A stretch of DNA of 64,000 nucleotides, from positions 131,936,001-132,000,000 of the forward strand of contig NC_086099.1 of assembly GCF_963921235.1 (NCBI RefSeq), written 5' to 3'. The notes below the pieces were generated by a model. It was not told where the DNA came from. It saw nothing but the letters and a program-made list of their open reading frames with translations, and searched no databases. This DNA is from Mobula hypostoma (taxonomy: Eukaryota). Position 1 is the stretch's first letter, and each line of letters starts with the position of its first letter. Positions 1 to 12,974 of this stretch are shown here, one piece after another. The position numbers and the translations under genes were made by a program.

Positions 1-2781
1 TTGGTTATACGCTGCAGATATCTTCAGTTCGTCAGCATGGTGATTGAGGATAAATGATGTCTACATTTTAATTTGAACAAATGGTAGCACTTCTGGCAAT
101 CCATGTTCCTTTAATATTATATAGGAATATCCTCCAATAGTTTGTTCATATCTGCAAAGGGGGGATTAAACCAATTTTCAGTTAGGCATGAGGCTACCAT
201 TCAGTCATGACCGATTCCTAAAAAGAATCTGGTTACGAGCTTGACTTAAAACTTTGCGATTGAAGGACACAGTCTTGACTGTTTTAAAATATAGAGCAAA
301 GAGAAATCTATCGTTAACTGACAGCTCCATGGTCTGAGTTACTGCTGTAAAACAACAAATTTTATGACATATGTCAGTGATAATAAACCAGATTCTAATT
401 CATAGGTTAATTGGTTCTTTCAGCACAGCTAGTGTGACGTAGGAGTGTTTATCACAAGCTCCACAAGTAAGCTTTCAGCCTTTTGCTCAAATCGCCCTTT
501 TATCCTGTCTCTCAGAATTGTACCACAGAAACCACCCTTGTTATGTTGCCGTTGGTAGGGTTGCCTCATGCCACTTGGTTATTCTCCCAAAATACAGATT
601 AGGTAATTCAGTCATTTGCTGGGCTGAAGTCTATAGCAAAATATTTCAATGAAATTTTATCATCAAATGGTTGAGGCTTCTGTTTTCCTGTTCTGTTATT
701 CTAGAAATACTCTTGGTTAGGCAACACTGAAGGAGTGTGAACCAGTCAATGTTTTGAGTTAAAGGCTTTTGATCAAAGCTGGTGCCATCTAACTTGCTGG
801 GTACTCTCAGCATTTTCTGCTTTTATTTCCAATTTCCAGCTTTTGTAGTTGCTTCCTTTCATCTGTCCTTTGCTGATCTTCCACATTCTTCAATTAATAG
901 TTACAACCCAGGAGACCATTCATACCCACACAGGGTCTTTATAAGAGCAAATTTATGGTTCCACACACTAGTGTATTCTTCATAACCTTATCACTTTTTT
1001 CCTCCATGTATTTATCCCATTCCCTCTTTAAGGTTGCATTGATCAGAAAGCATTACATTGGGAGGTAAAAAGGTATTCCTTTATAACAGGCATATCCCTT
1101 TCCTTTATTCCCATGTTATCTTGTATTCAACTTCTTCAGTTGGTAGAACCTCATTATTTCACTAGATCACAAGTTGTTCCATTAGATCTTTTGTCAGCTT
1201 TCTCCTGTCCAATTTATCCCTGAAACTGTAGTTTTTAACCTCAGGAATTACTCTCTTATAATTCTTCTTCAATGCTCACTTCAATGCCTTCATGTCCTTG
1301 AGGTCAATGTCTTATAGTGTTGCATTATGTTAGGATTTCCCCCCAGAATTCCAGATTAGGTTATCATTTTTGATATTTTAGCAGGAATTTATTTGCTTCA
1401 AATGCTAATATTGGGAAGTTTGAAATAACCATCATCCTTTTTGAGAAATTTCCCCACTGGATTTTGCTCTACAAAAATCCATTGTTGTTTTATCACTAAA
1501 TTGGAGTTTACAAAAACGTGCTTTCAGTTGGCAAATAGTGCTTATGAATTCTGGAGGTTCAGAGCGACTCAAATGGGTAGGGCAGCTGCCATGTATTTTA
1601 AACTGATGTAAACAGCTTTAGGAGTCACAGATAAGTTAAATGGAATGAGCAGGCAGCTGTTTGAATTGTCTAAACTTGCTGGTGTGTATGGTGTTTTTTT
1701 TGTAATTTGATATGAAACCAGATATCTAGTGCTATTTTCCCTGTCTAGGCAAATGCCTAGGAGAAATATGAATAAGGTTAATACATTGAGTCCTTGTTAT
1801 CTGTGAAGGATAAGATGCTTTCCCTAGATAACAAAAATGCGGATATGGCTAATTGCTTCTCCTTTGTACTTCTAAGTGTAAATGTACCCTATCTTGTCCC
1901 AAGGGCACATAATGAACATATTAAAGCATTGAAAGGCCTAAAAACAAATGAAACTCACTAACCAACTGTTTGGAGTGAAATTTAGTTCAAAGGCAGTGGT
2001 TGTGATTTTTAAGGTGCAGCTGTATAAACAAAAACTAGTTTCTATTGGAAGGAAGCCACTTGACAAAAGTGGTCTGGAAACTAGTCACCATATTTAGACA
2101 GAATGTATACATGGCAACAAATTTATTTGTTCAATGTTGTTTGAGGTAGATACAGGAGCCAACCTCAAGTACACAGGACTACAAATAGCAAAGTGGAGTT
2201 ATTAGTCAACTTAATTTTGCATAACATTCAAATTTGCTGGTATTGTCTGACACATTGGCTATTTGCATTTACTTTCTGCATTTCTTTTCTGTTGTTGGTT
2301 TGCCTTATCACTTTATTTGATTGCTTCTGCGATAATGTTTGCGATAATTGCCTGTAATTTGCAGGGTTAGCTCTATTAAAGTGCATCCATCCTATAAGGC
2401 AATCATTTTTTTTAAAACAAACATTACAGCATCATAGGCTACAGCATGAAAGAAAGCCAATTAATCCATGAAAGCTTCATGGGCTCTGGACAAGAACAAT
2501 GTAACACTCTCCTCATGGTGCTGCAAATGTTTCTGTTCTAATATCTTTCCCATTCCGTTTTGAACAGCACAATTGAATCTGCCTCTGCTGCTCCACCTGA
2601 TGATGCATTTCACATCTTAGACACCCATTATTTTAAGCTTCATGCCATGAAGTTGCTCTTCATCTCCTTTTCATAGATTCTTCACAGTTTTACATGCATC
2701 AGCAATTCCTGTTTATCCTGCTTTGTTCCAAGAAAAAACAAGCCCAGTTTCTCTGCACCCAACAAACACAAGTTCTTCATC

Positions 2782-2913
2782 AACACACACAAAGTGCTGG
2801 AGGAACTCAGCAGGCCAGGAGAGTCATAGATGCTGCCTGGCTTGCTGAGTTCCTTTAGTATTCTGTGTATGTTGCTCAGATTTCCAGCATCTGCAGATCT
2901 TCTCTTGTTTGTG
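2782..2913 (+). mobile_element. Older Penelope-like terminal-repeat fragment with short inverted arm
   Basis: Imperfect inverted arms at about 2781-2819 and 2836-2874. The tail tttccagcatctgcaga..ttgtttg is shared with the 18.9-kb and 63.9-kb copies. Flanking direct repeat ACAAGTTC(T/C)TCATC at 2768-2781 and 2914-2927. Confidence 0.75.
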
Positions 2914-3309
2914 ACAAGTTCCTCATCTCTGGGTTAATTTTAAAAAGCCTCTTCTACACCTTTTATATGACCTTCACATCCATCCAGAGCTTTGGCAAGC
3001 AAAACAGAATTCATTTGTGGCTAAACTAATATTTTAAGACCAAACATACAAAATTGAGTTAAGATCATGACTAATCTGATTGTCACATCATCTCTATATG
3101 CCCGCTTATCCATGGGAAAGGTTCAACTAATCAACTATCTATGTACCTTTTGCCTTCGCAATATCCTAAAACTCTTGATTCCTCTATCCTTTGAGGAAGG
3201 GTTCATTATACTCTTAAATCTCTGAGAGAAAAAGAAAATTCACTGTTTCTGTCATAGACCTTTATCTTTAGGTGGTGACTCCCAAGATCTAGATTTTCTA
3301 CGAGAAGGA

Positions 3310-4570
3310 AGGTTTCTTGACACAGTATGTAGACAGGCCGACTAGAGGCAAAGCCGTACTGGTTCTTGTGCTGCGAAATTAACCAGGTCAAGTGTCAGAT
3401 CTGTTGGGTCAGTGTATTGGAGACTCCCTGACCTTTACCACAGCCTCGGAGAGGGAAATGAGCAGAGGTATGGAAAATATTTAATTGGAGGAGGAGGAAT
3501 GATAATATTATTAGACAGGAACTTGGGAGCATAAATTGGGAATGGATGTATTTAGGGAAATACATATTTAGAAATGTAGAGATTGCTTATGGGGTTCTGG
3601 ATACGTTTGTCCAATTGTGAAAGAAGTAAGGTCGTAGGGTGAAGGAACCATGGTTGACAAGAGATCTTGAATATCTAGTCAAGAGGAAGAAGGAAGTTTG
3701 CTTAAGGTTTAGGAAACAAGGCTCAGGCAGGGCTCTGGAGAGTTATAAGGTAGACAGGAAGGAGATGAATAACGGTTCTTGAGCAAGAAGGGGGCATGAG
3801 AAGGCCCTGGCTAGTACAAATAAGGAAAATACCAAGGCTTTGAAAATATGTACGTGAAGAACAAGAGGATGGCTAGAGTAAGTGTAGGAACTGATCAGCG
3901 ATAGTGGAAGAAACATGTGCCTGGATTCAGAGGACGTGGGGTGGTCCTTGATGAATACTTTGCTTCAGAGTTCACCAGTGAAGGGATCCTTGATGTTTGT
4001 AAGATCAGCATAAAGCAGACTGATATATTAGACCACGTTGACATTAAGAAAGAGGAAGTGCGGCGACTTTTGAAAAATCCCTGGGCCCAAGTTACAATCA
4101 TCTCATAGGAAAGGTGTGGAAGCTTTAAAGAGGGTGCAGAGGAGATTTACTAGGATGCTGCCTGAATGAGACAGCATCTCTATGATAGGTTCAGTGAGCT
4201 AAGGCTTTCCTTTGGAGTGAAGGAGGATGAGAAGTGATTTGATTGAGGTGTACAAAATAAGGGGCATAGATCAAGTGGATAGCCAGAGATGACTTCCAGG
4301 GCGAAAGTGGTTAATGCAAGGATGCATAATTTTAACGTGATTCAAAAAAGCATAGGGGAAATGGCAGAGTTAAGTTTTTAACAGAGTGGTTTGTGTGTGT
4401 AGCTCCCTGCCAAATGTGGTAGTAGAGGTCAATATATTAGGGGCATTTAAGAAACCCTTAGGCACATGAATGATAGAAAAATTGTGTGCTATGTAGGAGG
4501 GAAGGGTTAGATTAGAGTAGTTTAAATGTTGGCATAATATGGTGGGCTGAAAGGCTTGTAGTGTGGTGTA
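3310..4570 (+). mobile_element. Degenerate CR1 LINE fragments
   Basis: LDEYFASEFT (CR1 LNEYFASVFT) remnant, followed by a decayed RT C-terminus and 3' UTR similar to the younger CR1 copies in the window. Confidence 0.75.
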
Positions 4571-5037
4571 ATGTTCATGTTTAAAGAGTAAACATCCTCT
4601 CCACATTCAGCTTATCATGATTCCTCAAACTTTAATATTTAAGTGAAAACTCCTGTCATTTTCCTCATTCTAAATTCCAGTAGATTCATGCAGATGCTCC
4701 CTAACTTGCTGAATTGTTTTCCCATTGTTTCCGGTTTTCCATTTTCTGCGTTTATATCATGCTGTCTCAATTTTTCTTAGCATGGTTGTTAGGCTAACCG
4801 GGCAGATTCAAAAACCTTAACATTAATAGGCCAAGAAATTTGGTGTTGGTAACTTCTGCCCTTTAAGCAATTTCAACTCGCCTCACCACAAACTTTTTGT
4901 TTTATATGTCCCTCCTCTACCTTCTCTCTTACTGGAAATTAATTTCTAACTTTTCCCATTTCTGGCGAATTGCTGCTGACCAGGGATGTTGACTGTTTAC
5001 ATGTGAGCAGAATTAAGCCATTTGATTCATTGAGGCT

Positions 5038-6373
5038 TTGGTTTCAATTCAGAAAATTTTTTGATCTTAATCAATTCGGGTTAGCGATTCCTATTTTAGG
5101 TAACATATTTTTTCCTCCCTCTTTTACGGATCGCGCTTTTCAAACTTGGAAGACTAAGGGTATTTTACGGTTTTTGGATTTATTTTTAGATGGTTCCCTT
5201 ATGTCTTTTGAACAATTATCTAATAAATATAACTTATCAAGAATACATTTTTTTAGATATTTACAAGTTAGAAATTTCCTAAGTACTATACTTTCTTCCT
5301 TTCCAATGCTTCCTCCTATATATATTTTAGATTCGATAATTAACCTTAATCCATGTCAGAAAGGTGCATCGGCTATGATTTATAATATTATTATGAAACT
5401 TAGGAAAGCTCCATTTGATAAGATTAGGGTAGATTGGGAACAGGAATTGGGGCTTACCATTTCTGTGGATGACTGGGGGCAGATTTTACAATTAGTTAAT
5501 ACTTCCTCTATTTGTGCTAAACATTCCCTAATTCAATTTAAAGTGGTTCATAGAGCACATATGTCCAAAGATAAGTTAGCGCGTTTTTACTCGCATATTA
5601 ATCCTTTCTGTGATAGATGTTCGGGGCAGATAGCCTCTTTAACTCATATGTTTTGGTCTTGCCCTACTTTGGAAACTTTTTGGAGAGATATTTTCAATAT
5701 TATTTCTAAGGTATTAAATATAGATATCTCTCCTCACCCTATTACTGCTATCTTTGGACTACCTAAAATTTCTAGTAATCTTTCCCCTTCAGCCCGTAGA
5801 ATGATTGCATTTCTTACTTTAATGGCGAAAAGATGTATTTTACAACATTGGAAAGAGCTTAATGCTCCAACTACCTTTTTTTGGTTTTCTCAGACGATTT
5901 TATGTTTGAATCTGGAGAAAATTAGAAGTAACCTTTATGATTCTTCATTTAAATTTGAACAGATTTGGGGACCTTTTATTCGATATTTTCATTTAATGTA
6001 ATATTTACCCTTCTTGTTTTTTCTTCACTGTTTTAATGGAGGTCGGGATTGAGGACGTGATTTTAAGTTTAACTCTGTTTGGTTTCAAGTTAGCCCATTG
6101 CTTTGCTTTGCTTTTAGTTAGTTGCACGGTGGGTTTTTTTTTTGGGGTTTTTTTTTCTTTTTTTTCCATTGATATATATAAAATCAAGTATACTATTATG
6201 TTATCTTGGTTTCTTATGCTTAAATTACATTGTTTGTAGTATTCTCTTTTTGGTATTGTTATCTTTTGGAATTTTATTATACTTTAACATTGTATTAATG
6301 TTTATATGGCTTACCTTTTTTGTATACTTACTCAATAAAAAGATTTAAAAAGAAAAAAAAAGAAAGAAAGAAA
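5038..6373 (+). mobile_element. 5'-truncated L1-clade LINE (ORF2 C-terminus with zinc finger, 3' UTR, poly(A))
   Basis: Open frame to 6001 with CDRC-x8-HMFWSC and FFRYLQVRNF motifs. AATAAA at 6334-6339 and an A-rich tail. Perfect 14-bp TSD GATTCATTGAGGCT at 5024-5037 and 6374-6387. Confidence 0.92.
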
Positions 6374-6387
6374 GATTCATTGAGGCT

Positions 6388-7440
6388 GAGTTAGCATCAC
6401 ATTCAACACCTTTCTCCTGTCTTCTCCTCAGACCCTTTGATGCCCTTGACTAATCAAGGACCTATCAGCCTCCACTTTAAATTTACCCAGTGACCTGGCC
6501 TCAACAGACGTATGTGGAAATGAATTCCACAGGTCCTCTGGCTAAAGAAATTCCTCCTCATCTCTGTTTTAAATGGATGTCCCTCTATCCTGAGGCTGTG
6601 CCCCATGATCCTAGACTCTCCCATTATAGGAAACACCCTCTCCACATCCACTCTATTGAGGCCTTTCAATATTTGATAGGTTTCAATAGGATCACCTCTC
6701 ATTCTTCTAAGTTCCAAAAGTACAGGTCCAGAGCCATCAATCGCTCCTCAAATATTAATCCTTTTATTACTAGAATAACTCTTGTGAACCTCCTCTGGAC
6801 CCTCTCCAATGCCTTATCTTTTCTTAGACAAAGGGTCCAAGCAGCTCACAATATTCCAAATCCAGTCTGACCGAGGTCTTATAAAGCCTCAGCATTACAT
6901 TCTTGCTTTTAGATTCTAGTCCTCAAGAAATGAATGCTTACATTGCACTTGGCTTCCTTACCACCGACTTGACCTGCAAGTTAATTTTAGGGAATCCTGC
7001 GTGAAGGCACCCAGGGCAACTTACACTTGTGATTTCTGAATTTTATCCCCGTTCAGAAAAAAGACTACACCGTTATTCCTTCTACCATAGTGCATGACCA
7101 TATGCTTCCCTGCACTATGTTTCATCTGCCACTACGTTGCCCATTATACCAATCTGTTTAAGTTCTTCTGCAGACTCCCTGCTTCCTCAACATTACCTAC
7201 CCTTCCCTCCACCTATCGTCTGCACACTTGGCCATAAAGCCATCAAGTCCGTCATCCAAGGCATTGACGTATAATGTGAAAAGAAGCGGTCCTAACTCCG
7301 ACCCTTGTGGAACACCATTAGTCACTGGCAGCCAACCAGAAAAGGTCCCTTTATTCCCACTCTTTGCTTCCTGCCTGTCAGTCAATTTTCCATCCATTCT
7401 AGTACCTTTTTTTGTAGACTCTTGTCTTGTTAATCTCTAA
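6388..7440 (-). mobile_element. CR1 LINE 3' part (RT C-terminus and 3' UTR)
   Basis: GVPQGSELGPLLFTLYVN, KCADD and RRMRGDPIETYQILKG...RRNFFSQR on the minus strand. Its extreme 3' end (about 5005-5023) is displaced by the L1. Confidence 0.88.
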
Positions 7441-7639
7441 CTGTACTACAAGATCATCTACCTTACTCTGTATACTGTGTGCATTTAAATATAATACCTT
7501 TGATCCTATATTCATCAGCCTTTTCAATTTTGACTCATGTTAAACTTCAATTCATTCCACTGGCTGCAATTTTGCCCTATTGTCTTACTGCATCTGCTTG
7601 TATGCCAATTGCCCATCCTCAGTCCTATCACTTCAGTTT

Positions 7640-8560
7640 CCATCTACCTGCCAAATTAATTTATCCCCCTCACCAACAGCTCTGGCAAACCTGCCTACAA
7701 GGATATTGGTCCTACCTTCCCTAGAAGAGATCACAATGATCCAGAAATCTGAATCCCTGCCCCCTGCATCAACTCTTCAGCCATGCGTTCATTTGCCCAA
7801 TCATCCCATTCTTACCCTCACTGGTGTGTGGCACAGGAAGAAATCCAGTGATTACTACCCTATATTCTCACTTCAGGACCTCCTCCTTTTTCCTACCAAT
7901 ATCAGTGGTACCCATATGTACTACCACTTTCGATAGCTCACTCTCCCCCTTTAGAGTGCAGTGGACCTGATCTGAGACATCCCTGGCCCTGACACTTGGA
8001 AGGCAACGTGCCATCCACTTGCCTCTTCCATGTCCACAGAAATTCCTGTCTGCTCCTCTCGCTGCTGCACTCCTCCTCTTTCCCCCTTCCCTTCTGAGCC
8101 ACAGAGCCAAACTCAGTGCCAGGCTGTACCCCCAACTGTATCCAAAATGGCATACTCATTGAGGGAAATGGCCACAGGAGTTCTCTGCACTGGCTGCCTG
8201 TACCCCTTTTTCCCCTCCTGACAGTCATCCAGGTACCTGCTTCCTGCAACTTGGAAGCTACAGGGAGATAGTCATCCCTATTTATTTTCCTGTATGAGCT
8301 GAATATCACTGAGCTATGGCTTCATTTCCTTAGCGTTCTCAAAGGAACTGTGGCTCCGTGCATTTCATGCAGATGAACTCTGGCGGTCTCCCCGAGTTCT
8401 CACATCTCACTCAAAGAACATGCCACAAACCCTGGATTTATTCTCACTGCACTAGATATGTACTGAAAGACAGAACTGGAGAAAAATAAAGCTCATTAGA
8501 AACTTACTTAGAACCTCTACCTGTTCTTGCCCAAGCCTGTTAGGCCAAAGCCTGACCACT
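7640..8560 (-). mobile_element. CR1 ORF1 (SGNH esterase-like) remnant
   Basis: CLPSVRARDVSD...VVVHMGTTDIG and WMTVRRGK motifs, typical of CR1 ORF1. Confidence 0.75.
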
Positions 8561-9659
8561 CTAATATTGTCCACTCCCACAGTGGCTTCTCTTACAATGG
8601 TTACTTTGGTTACACACCACCTCATATATCATTATGATTCCAGGTCGCCATAAAGTCCCAAAAGGCCCTGAGCTCTTTTTAAAACTCGTGCCGCCTCAGC
8701 CAAACAAGTTGATTTGACTCATTGATCAAGATATAATGCCTCCAATAATTTTCCTCATGTGGCTATTATCCTAATGGTCTGTAGTTTGCTGCTTTCTGCC
8801 CTTGCCCATTTTGAGTTACTATAATTTGCTGTTTTCCAATCAAAAGGAGCTTACTCCATTTGTAGGGAATTTTAGAAAATTGAAGACAACTAATCAACTA
8901 TCTCACTAACCATTACTGTTAAGACATCTGGATGATATGTATTAAAATTTGGAACTTCTCAGTTCAAAGCTTCAATAATTTGCTCAATACCTCTTCCTCT
9001 TTGATTGGAACTTTTCCTTCATCCTTCCTTCCGATTCTTGTATTATAATTATTTCTAAGCTGTATATCCTCTGTAGTGAAGATGAATACGAAGTATCTAT
9101 ACTTCATTTGCCTTTTCCTTATTTTCCATTATAATCCAGGTTCACTTTCTATATGACCACCATTTATTTTGTTTATTTTTCTTTTTTTAAATGCCCATAA
9201 CCCCCATCTGTTTTTCTATTTCTGTGCAGCTTTATTTCATTCTGTTTTTATTATTAATCTTATCATTTGCTGCTGTGTTTTTTGTATTCACTCCAATCTT
9301 ACGATTTGCCACCTGCCTTGGTGCAATTATCTGCATAATTATGCTGTATTACATATTTTCATTTTACTTTGGAAGTGCGATGACCTTGCAGGGTTGCAGA
9401 CATTGGAGGTATTTTAATATTTATAAATGTCATGATAGGATTTTCTTTTCTTTCTTGATGGAATTTAATTTATTCTTTCTATTCTGAAAGATCTACTCTA
9501 CAAGTTTTTCCTGTTCATTTACAGTGACTGATCCCTTAACCTAATTGGAACGGTCACTTTACTGAGGTCTGCTTTCACGTTACTGAGGATACCTTTATTT
9601 AATTTTAAAATACTGCTCTTGGATTGCCCCTTTCCAGTCAGATCCTTGCTATCTAAGAA

Positions 9660-10045
9660 AGACTTTCGGACTGATGGAGCTCGTTAACAGTGGTTGGCAG
9701 TTGACCTAGAAGAAGGAAAACTCTGATCTCAAACCTCCACTGCCTTGCGGCGATACCCACTCACGGGGAAGGCTTCAAAGATAAACTCTATGGGGAAAAA
9801 TCTGGAGTTCAAGTCCCTAAGGCAATCCTACCTTGGGTTCACAGCTGACTGGCAACTCCTGTGACGCTGCTGGTACCAAACTGTATTGGATTCTGCTGTT
9901 CTTTTGAATTTATCGGAAGCATGGAGGGGGGGAGCTTGCTACATGGTCAACAGCTTGCTCTCCATATCGTACTGCTCAGGCTTGCATATCTAGACAGTTA
10001 TGACTTATGATGCAACATCCATGGTCGACCCTGGCCAATGGAGGA
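9660..10045 (+). mobile_element. Non-autonomous retroelement resembling an RTE/Vingi-type 5' region
   Basis: CTAGAAGAAGGAAAACTCTGATCTCAAACCTCCACTGCCTTGCGG resembles, from memory, 5' regions of RTE/Vingi-related elements. The family is not verified. Confidence 0.4.
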
Positions 10046-12102
10046 CTTGCTCAATCACTCAAGAAAGCCTTCACAATGAAGTCATTCATCAACCCCATCA
10101 CAATGCACAGCGCAAGATCTGGTACAGCCTGCTCTTTACTTTTTCCAGACTGCTTTGAATTAAGAAATTTCTCAAAAGCACTTGATGAGCTCCACATCTA
10201 CTGTATTTTCTTCCTTGCAGAGTTTTCCAGCTTTCCCATCATTTTCTGACTTTACTGTTTTTCCTTCCTTTATCCTTTGTCGTACTATGTGATCCGGGTA
10301 CCATTCATGAAAGGTCATCAGAGCTTTTGTTCTGTATTTATAATAAAAAGATCAGTATCCCAGATGTTTTCTAACTACTTTCTCAATTTTCCCTTCCAAA
10401 ATGGTAGTCTTGAACCCTTTAGAAAAGTCTTTTTCCCCTCTGGTTTATATTTCATCTCATTATTACTAAAATGTAACATTGTATTGTCTGTGTTAATCTT
10501 CTGCCATGCATTTGCTGATTCTGCCAGGTGTAATCCCTTGAGATCCATTACTATCCTTCTCGCTATGCTTCCACATTTTGTGTGATTGGCATATTTTAAG
10601 GATTTTGAAAGCTGTATACCAATGACTCAAATTCAAGTGCAATTCATTAATGTAATGAAAATCAGTGGTCTTTGAGGTGTAGTAAAATGTATGATTATAC
10701 ATTTGCAGGAGTTGCATTGTTTGCGAAATTAAAAAAAAATCCCCTGGATCTTGCATTTAGTTTTGAACCTGCTGACTTTCCTTCAGGGATCTGGATATTT
10801 GTATTAACCTGGTTAAAAGCTCTAACCTTGTATGATTGTAATAGAGGAAGAGTATTGACTTGGATGCTTTAATCTTTGTATATTAAATTTTCGATTTGAG
10901 AATTCATTATCTGTAACATTGTCAGAAGGATATGTTGCATGATGGTTTCATTGAAACAGGCTGATCTTTAATCTCATTTTGGATTGTCACTTGCAGGGTT
11001 GTTTCATTCAGTCACAATTCACCTCTATTTCTGAGAACTACGTTAGACAGCTGTAGACAGAGGGGAAGTGTATTCACAGACATTGTCTACTTAAATCTGC
11101 AGAGGTCAGTCTTATTTTAGTTAGCTGTCAATTTAAATAAAAATTTTGGATATTAATTGCCTTATCATAGTCAGGTAAGTAGTGATCAAGTGCTTTTGGG
11201 AATTTAAATTTGTCCATGCTTGGAGAAAGAAGTTAAATGTTTATGTGCTTCTCCAATATAGACAAAGTATTTTTAGACAATTATTGTGCTCATTCTTTGC
11301 ACTTGCATACATTACTTTTTTTTTGAAAGCAGTAAGAAGTCTATATAGTTGCTTTGTGGCTAAAATCTTGATATAGCAATGTATCCTATAGTGGCCTTGA
11401 AGAAACTGGTAATTTTACATGAATGAATTCAGTGGTTATTTCAGAGATTTGACTCAAATGTTTTTAGAAACAATGAGAAATTGTATATTTATCTTTTCAG
11501 GTAAATTCTGCATGTTACTAAAGCTAGCTTTCTGTAGACTAAGTGGTTCAGTGATTTAAATGAAGTGGAATGTATTACATAGCTTGTTAAGTCTGGGAAA
11601 TAAAGCAGAAAGTGAAGCAACAGGCTTAAAAACAGTCTATATTGATTTAGCTGTTCTTTATTCAGAAACCAACATTTTTCAAATTCCTATAATTGTGTGC
11701 AACAGATGTGTCATTGTCATAGATTCATTCAGACAAAAGATATGGGAACCACAATAATCATGGTACATCTATTCCTTTAACAAGACATTGAATACTTCTC
11801 ACTGAATACTCTTTACATCGAAATTCAGTCGACTGATTTATCTGTCCTTTTTTTCTCCCCCGCAGCTGTTAACTTTTCATTGTGTTCTCCAAATCCATGC
11901 CCATGTAACGACATACTGAATGCCACTATCTTTTGTGCATGCAAACAACAGCTTCTAATTTCAACCCTGAAATGCTGAGTTATATAAATGGAATGTACAA
12001 AATCAGCAGCATGTGGAAAAGCATTTCTAAAAACTTTTTTTAAAAAAAAGCTGAATGCCAATTTGATTAAATGCTGGAGACCTGAAATTATGCAAGTTAC
12101 TG

Positions 12103-12270
12103 AACTCTTCCCCCTTCTTTTCCAGTCTTGATAAGGAGACTCAGCCTGAAACGTTGACTGTTTATTCCCCTCCATAGATGCTGCTTGGCTTGCTGAGTTC
12201 CACAGCACACATGTGTGTGTGTTCGTGTTCGTTCATATTTCCAGCACCTGCAGAATTTCTTGTGTTCCAA
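12103..12270 (+). mobile_element. Older Penelope-like terminal repeat with mutated hammerhead core
   Basis: AGTC-TTGATAA...CCTGAAACGTTGACT followed by atagatgctgcttggcttgctgagttcc...ttccagcacctgcagaatt. Confidence 0.75.
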
Positions 12271-12315
12271 GTGTATAATAATATTGTTTTGGTCAAGATG
12301 GTGCTGAGCTGCAAA

Positions 12316-12836
12316 TAGGGTTGCCAACTTTCTCAATCCCAAATGAGGGACAAAAGTAGCAGTCAAATACAGGACACTTGTGTTTACCCCGAGAAAGACC
12401 ACCATGACCATGAAGCCTTGCGCATGCATGATGTGCACATGCGTGTACGTGTCGATTTTTTTTTCTACAAATCGGATTTGGCTTAATCTTCCCGATTCTG
12501 ATACACTGTATGTACATTATTTCTACTTTATATAGGCTATGTATTTATCATATCATTCCTGCTTTTACTATATGTTAGTGTTATTTCAGGTTTTATGTGT
12601 TATTGGTATGATTTGGTAGGTTATTTTTTGGGTCTGGGAATGCTCAAAAATTTTTCCCATATAAATTAGTGGTAATTGATTCTGCGCTATACGCCATTTC
12701 GGCTTACGAACAGTTTCATAGGAACGCTCTACCTTAGCGGGGGAAATACAGGACACGGGTGGTCCTGTATGGGACAAACCAATTTATCCCAATATATGGG
12801 ATGTCCTGGCTGATAATGGGATTGTTGGCAACCCTA
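12316..12836. mobile_element. hAT-family MITE (Blackjack-like TIRs) with chimeric interior
   Basis: Perfect 13-bp TIRs TAGGGTTGCCAAC / GTTGGCAACCCTA. 8-bp TSD GCTGCAAA (12308-12315) / GCTGCAGA (12837-12844). Confidence 0.88.
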
Positions 12837-12974
12837 GCTGCAGACTCTGTTGAGATCATAACTTAGACTTAATTGTTTGCTAGGCTTATAGGGATGATTT
12901 TAGGGGTATAGAGGAGAGTTAGGTTAAAGTTTAGGAACAGGGATGTGGGGAAGGTAGAGGTTAGGCCAGAGTCT

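Noticed and set aside
9169-9487. Hydrophobic ORFs resembling membrane proteins (also 6036-6348)
   Set aside because: T-rich low-complexity or L1 3' UTR sequence, with no recognisable family or splice structure.
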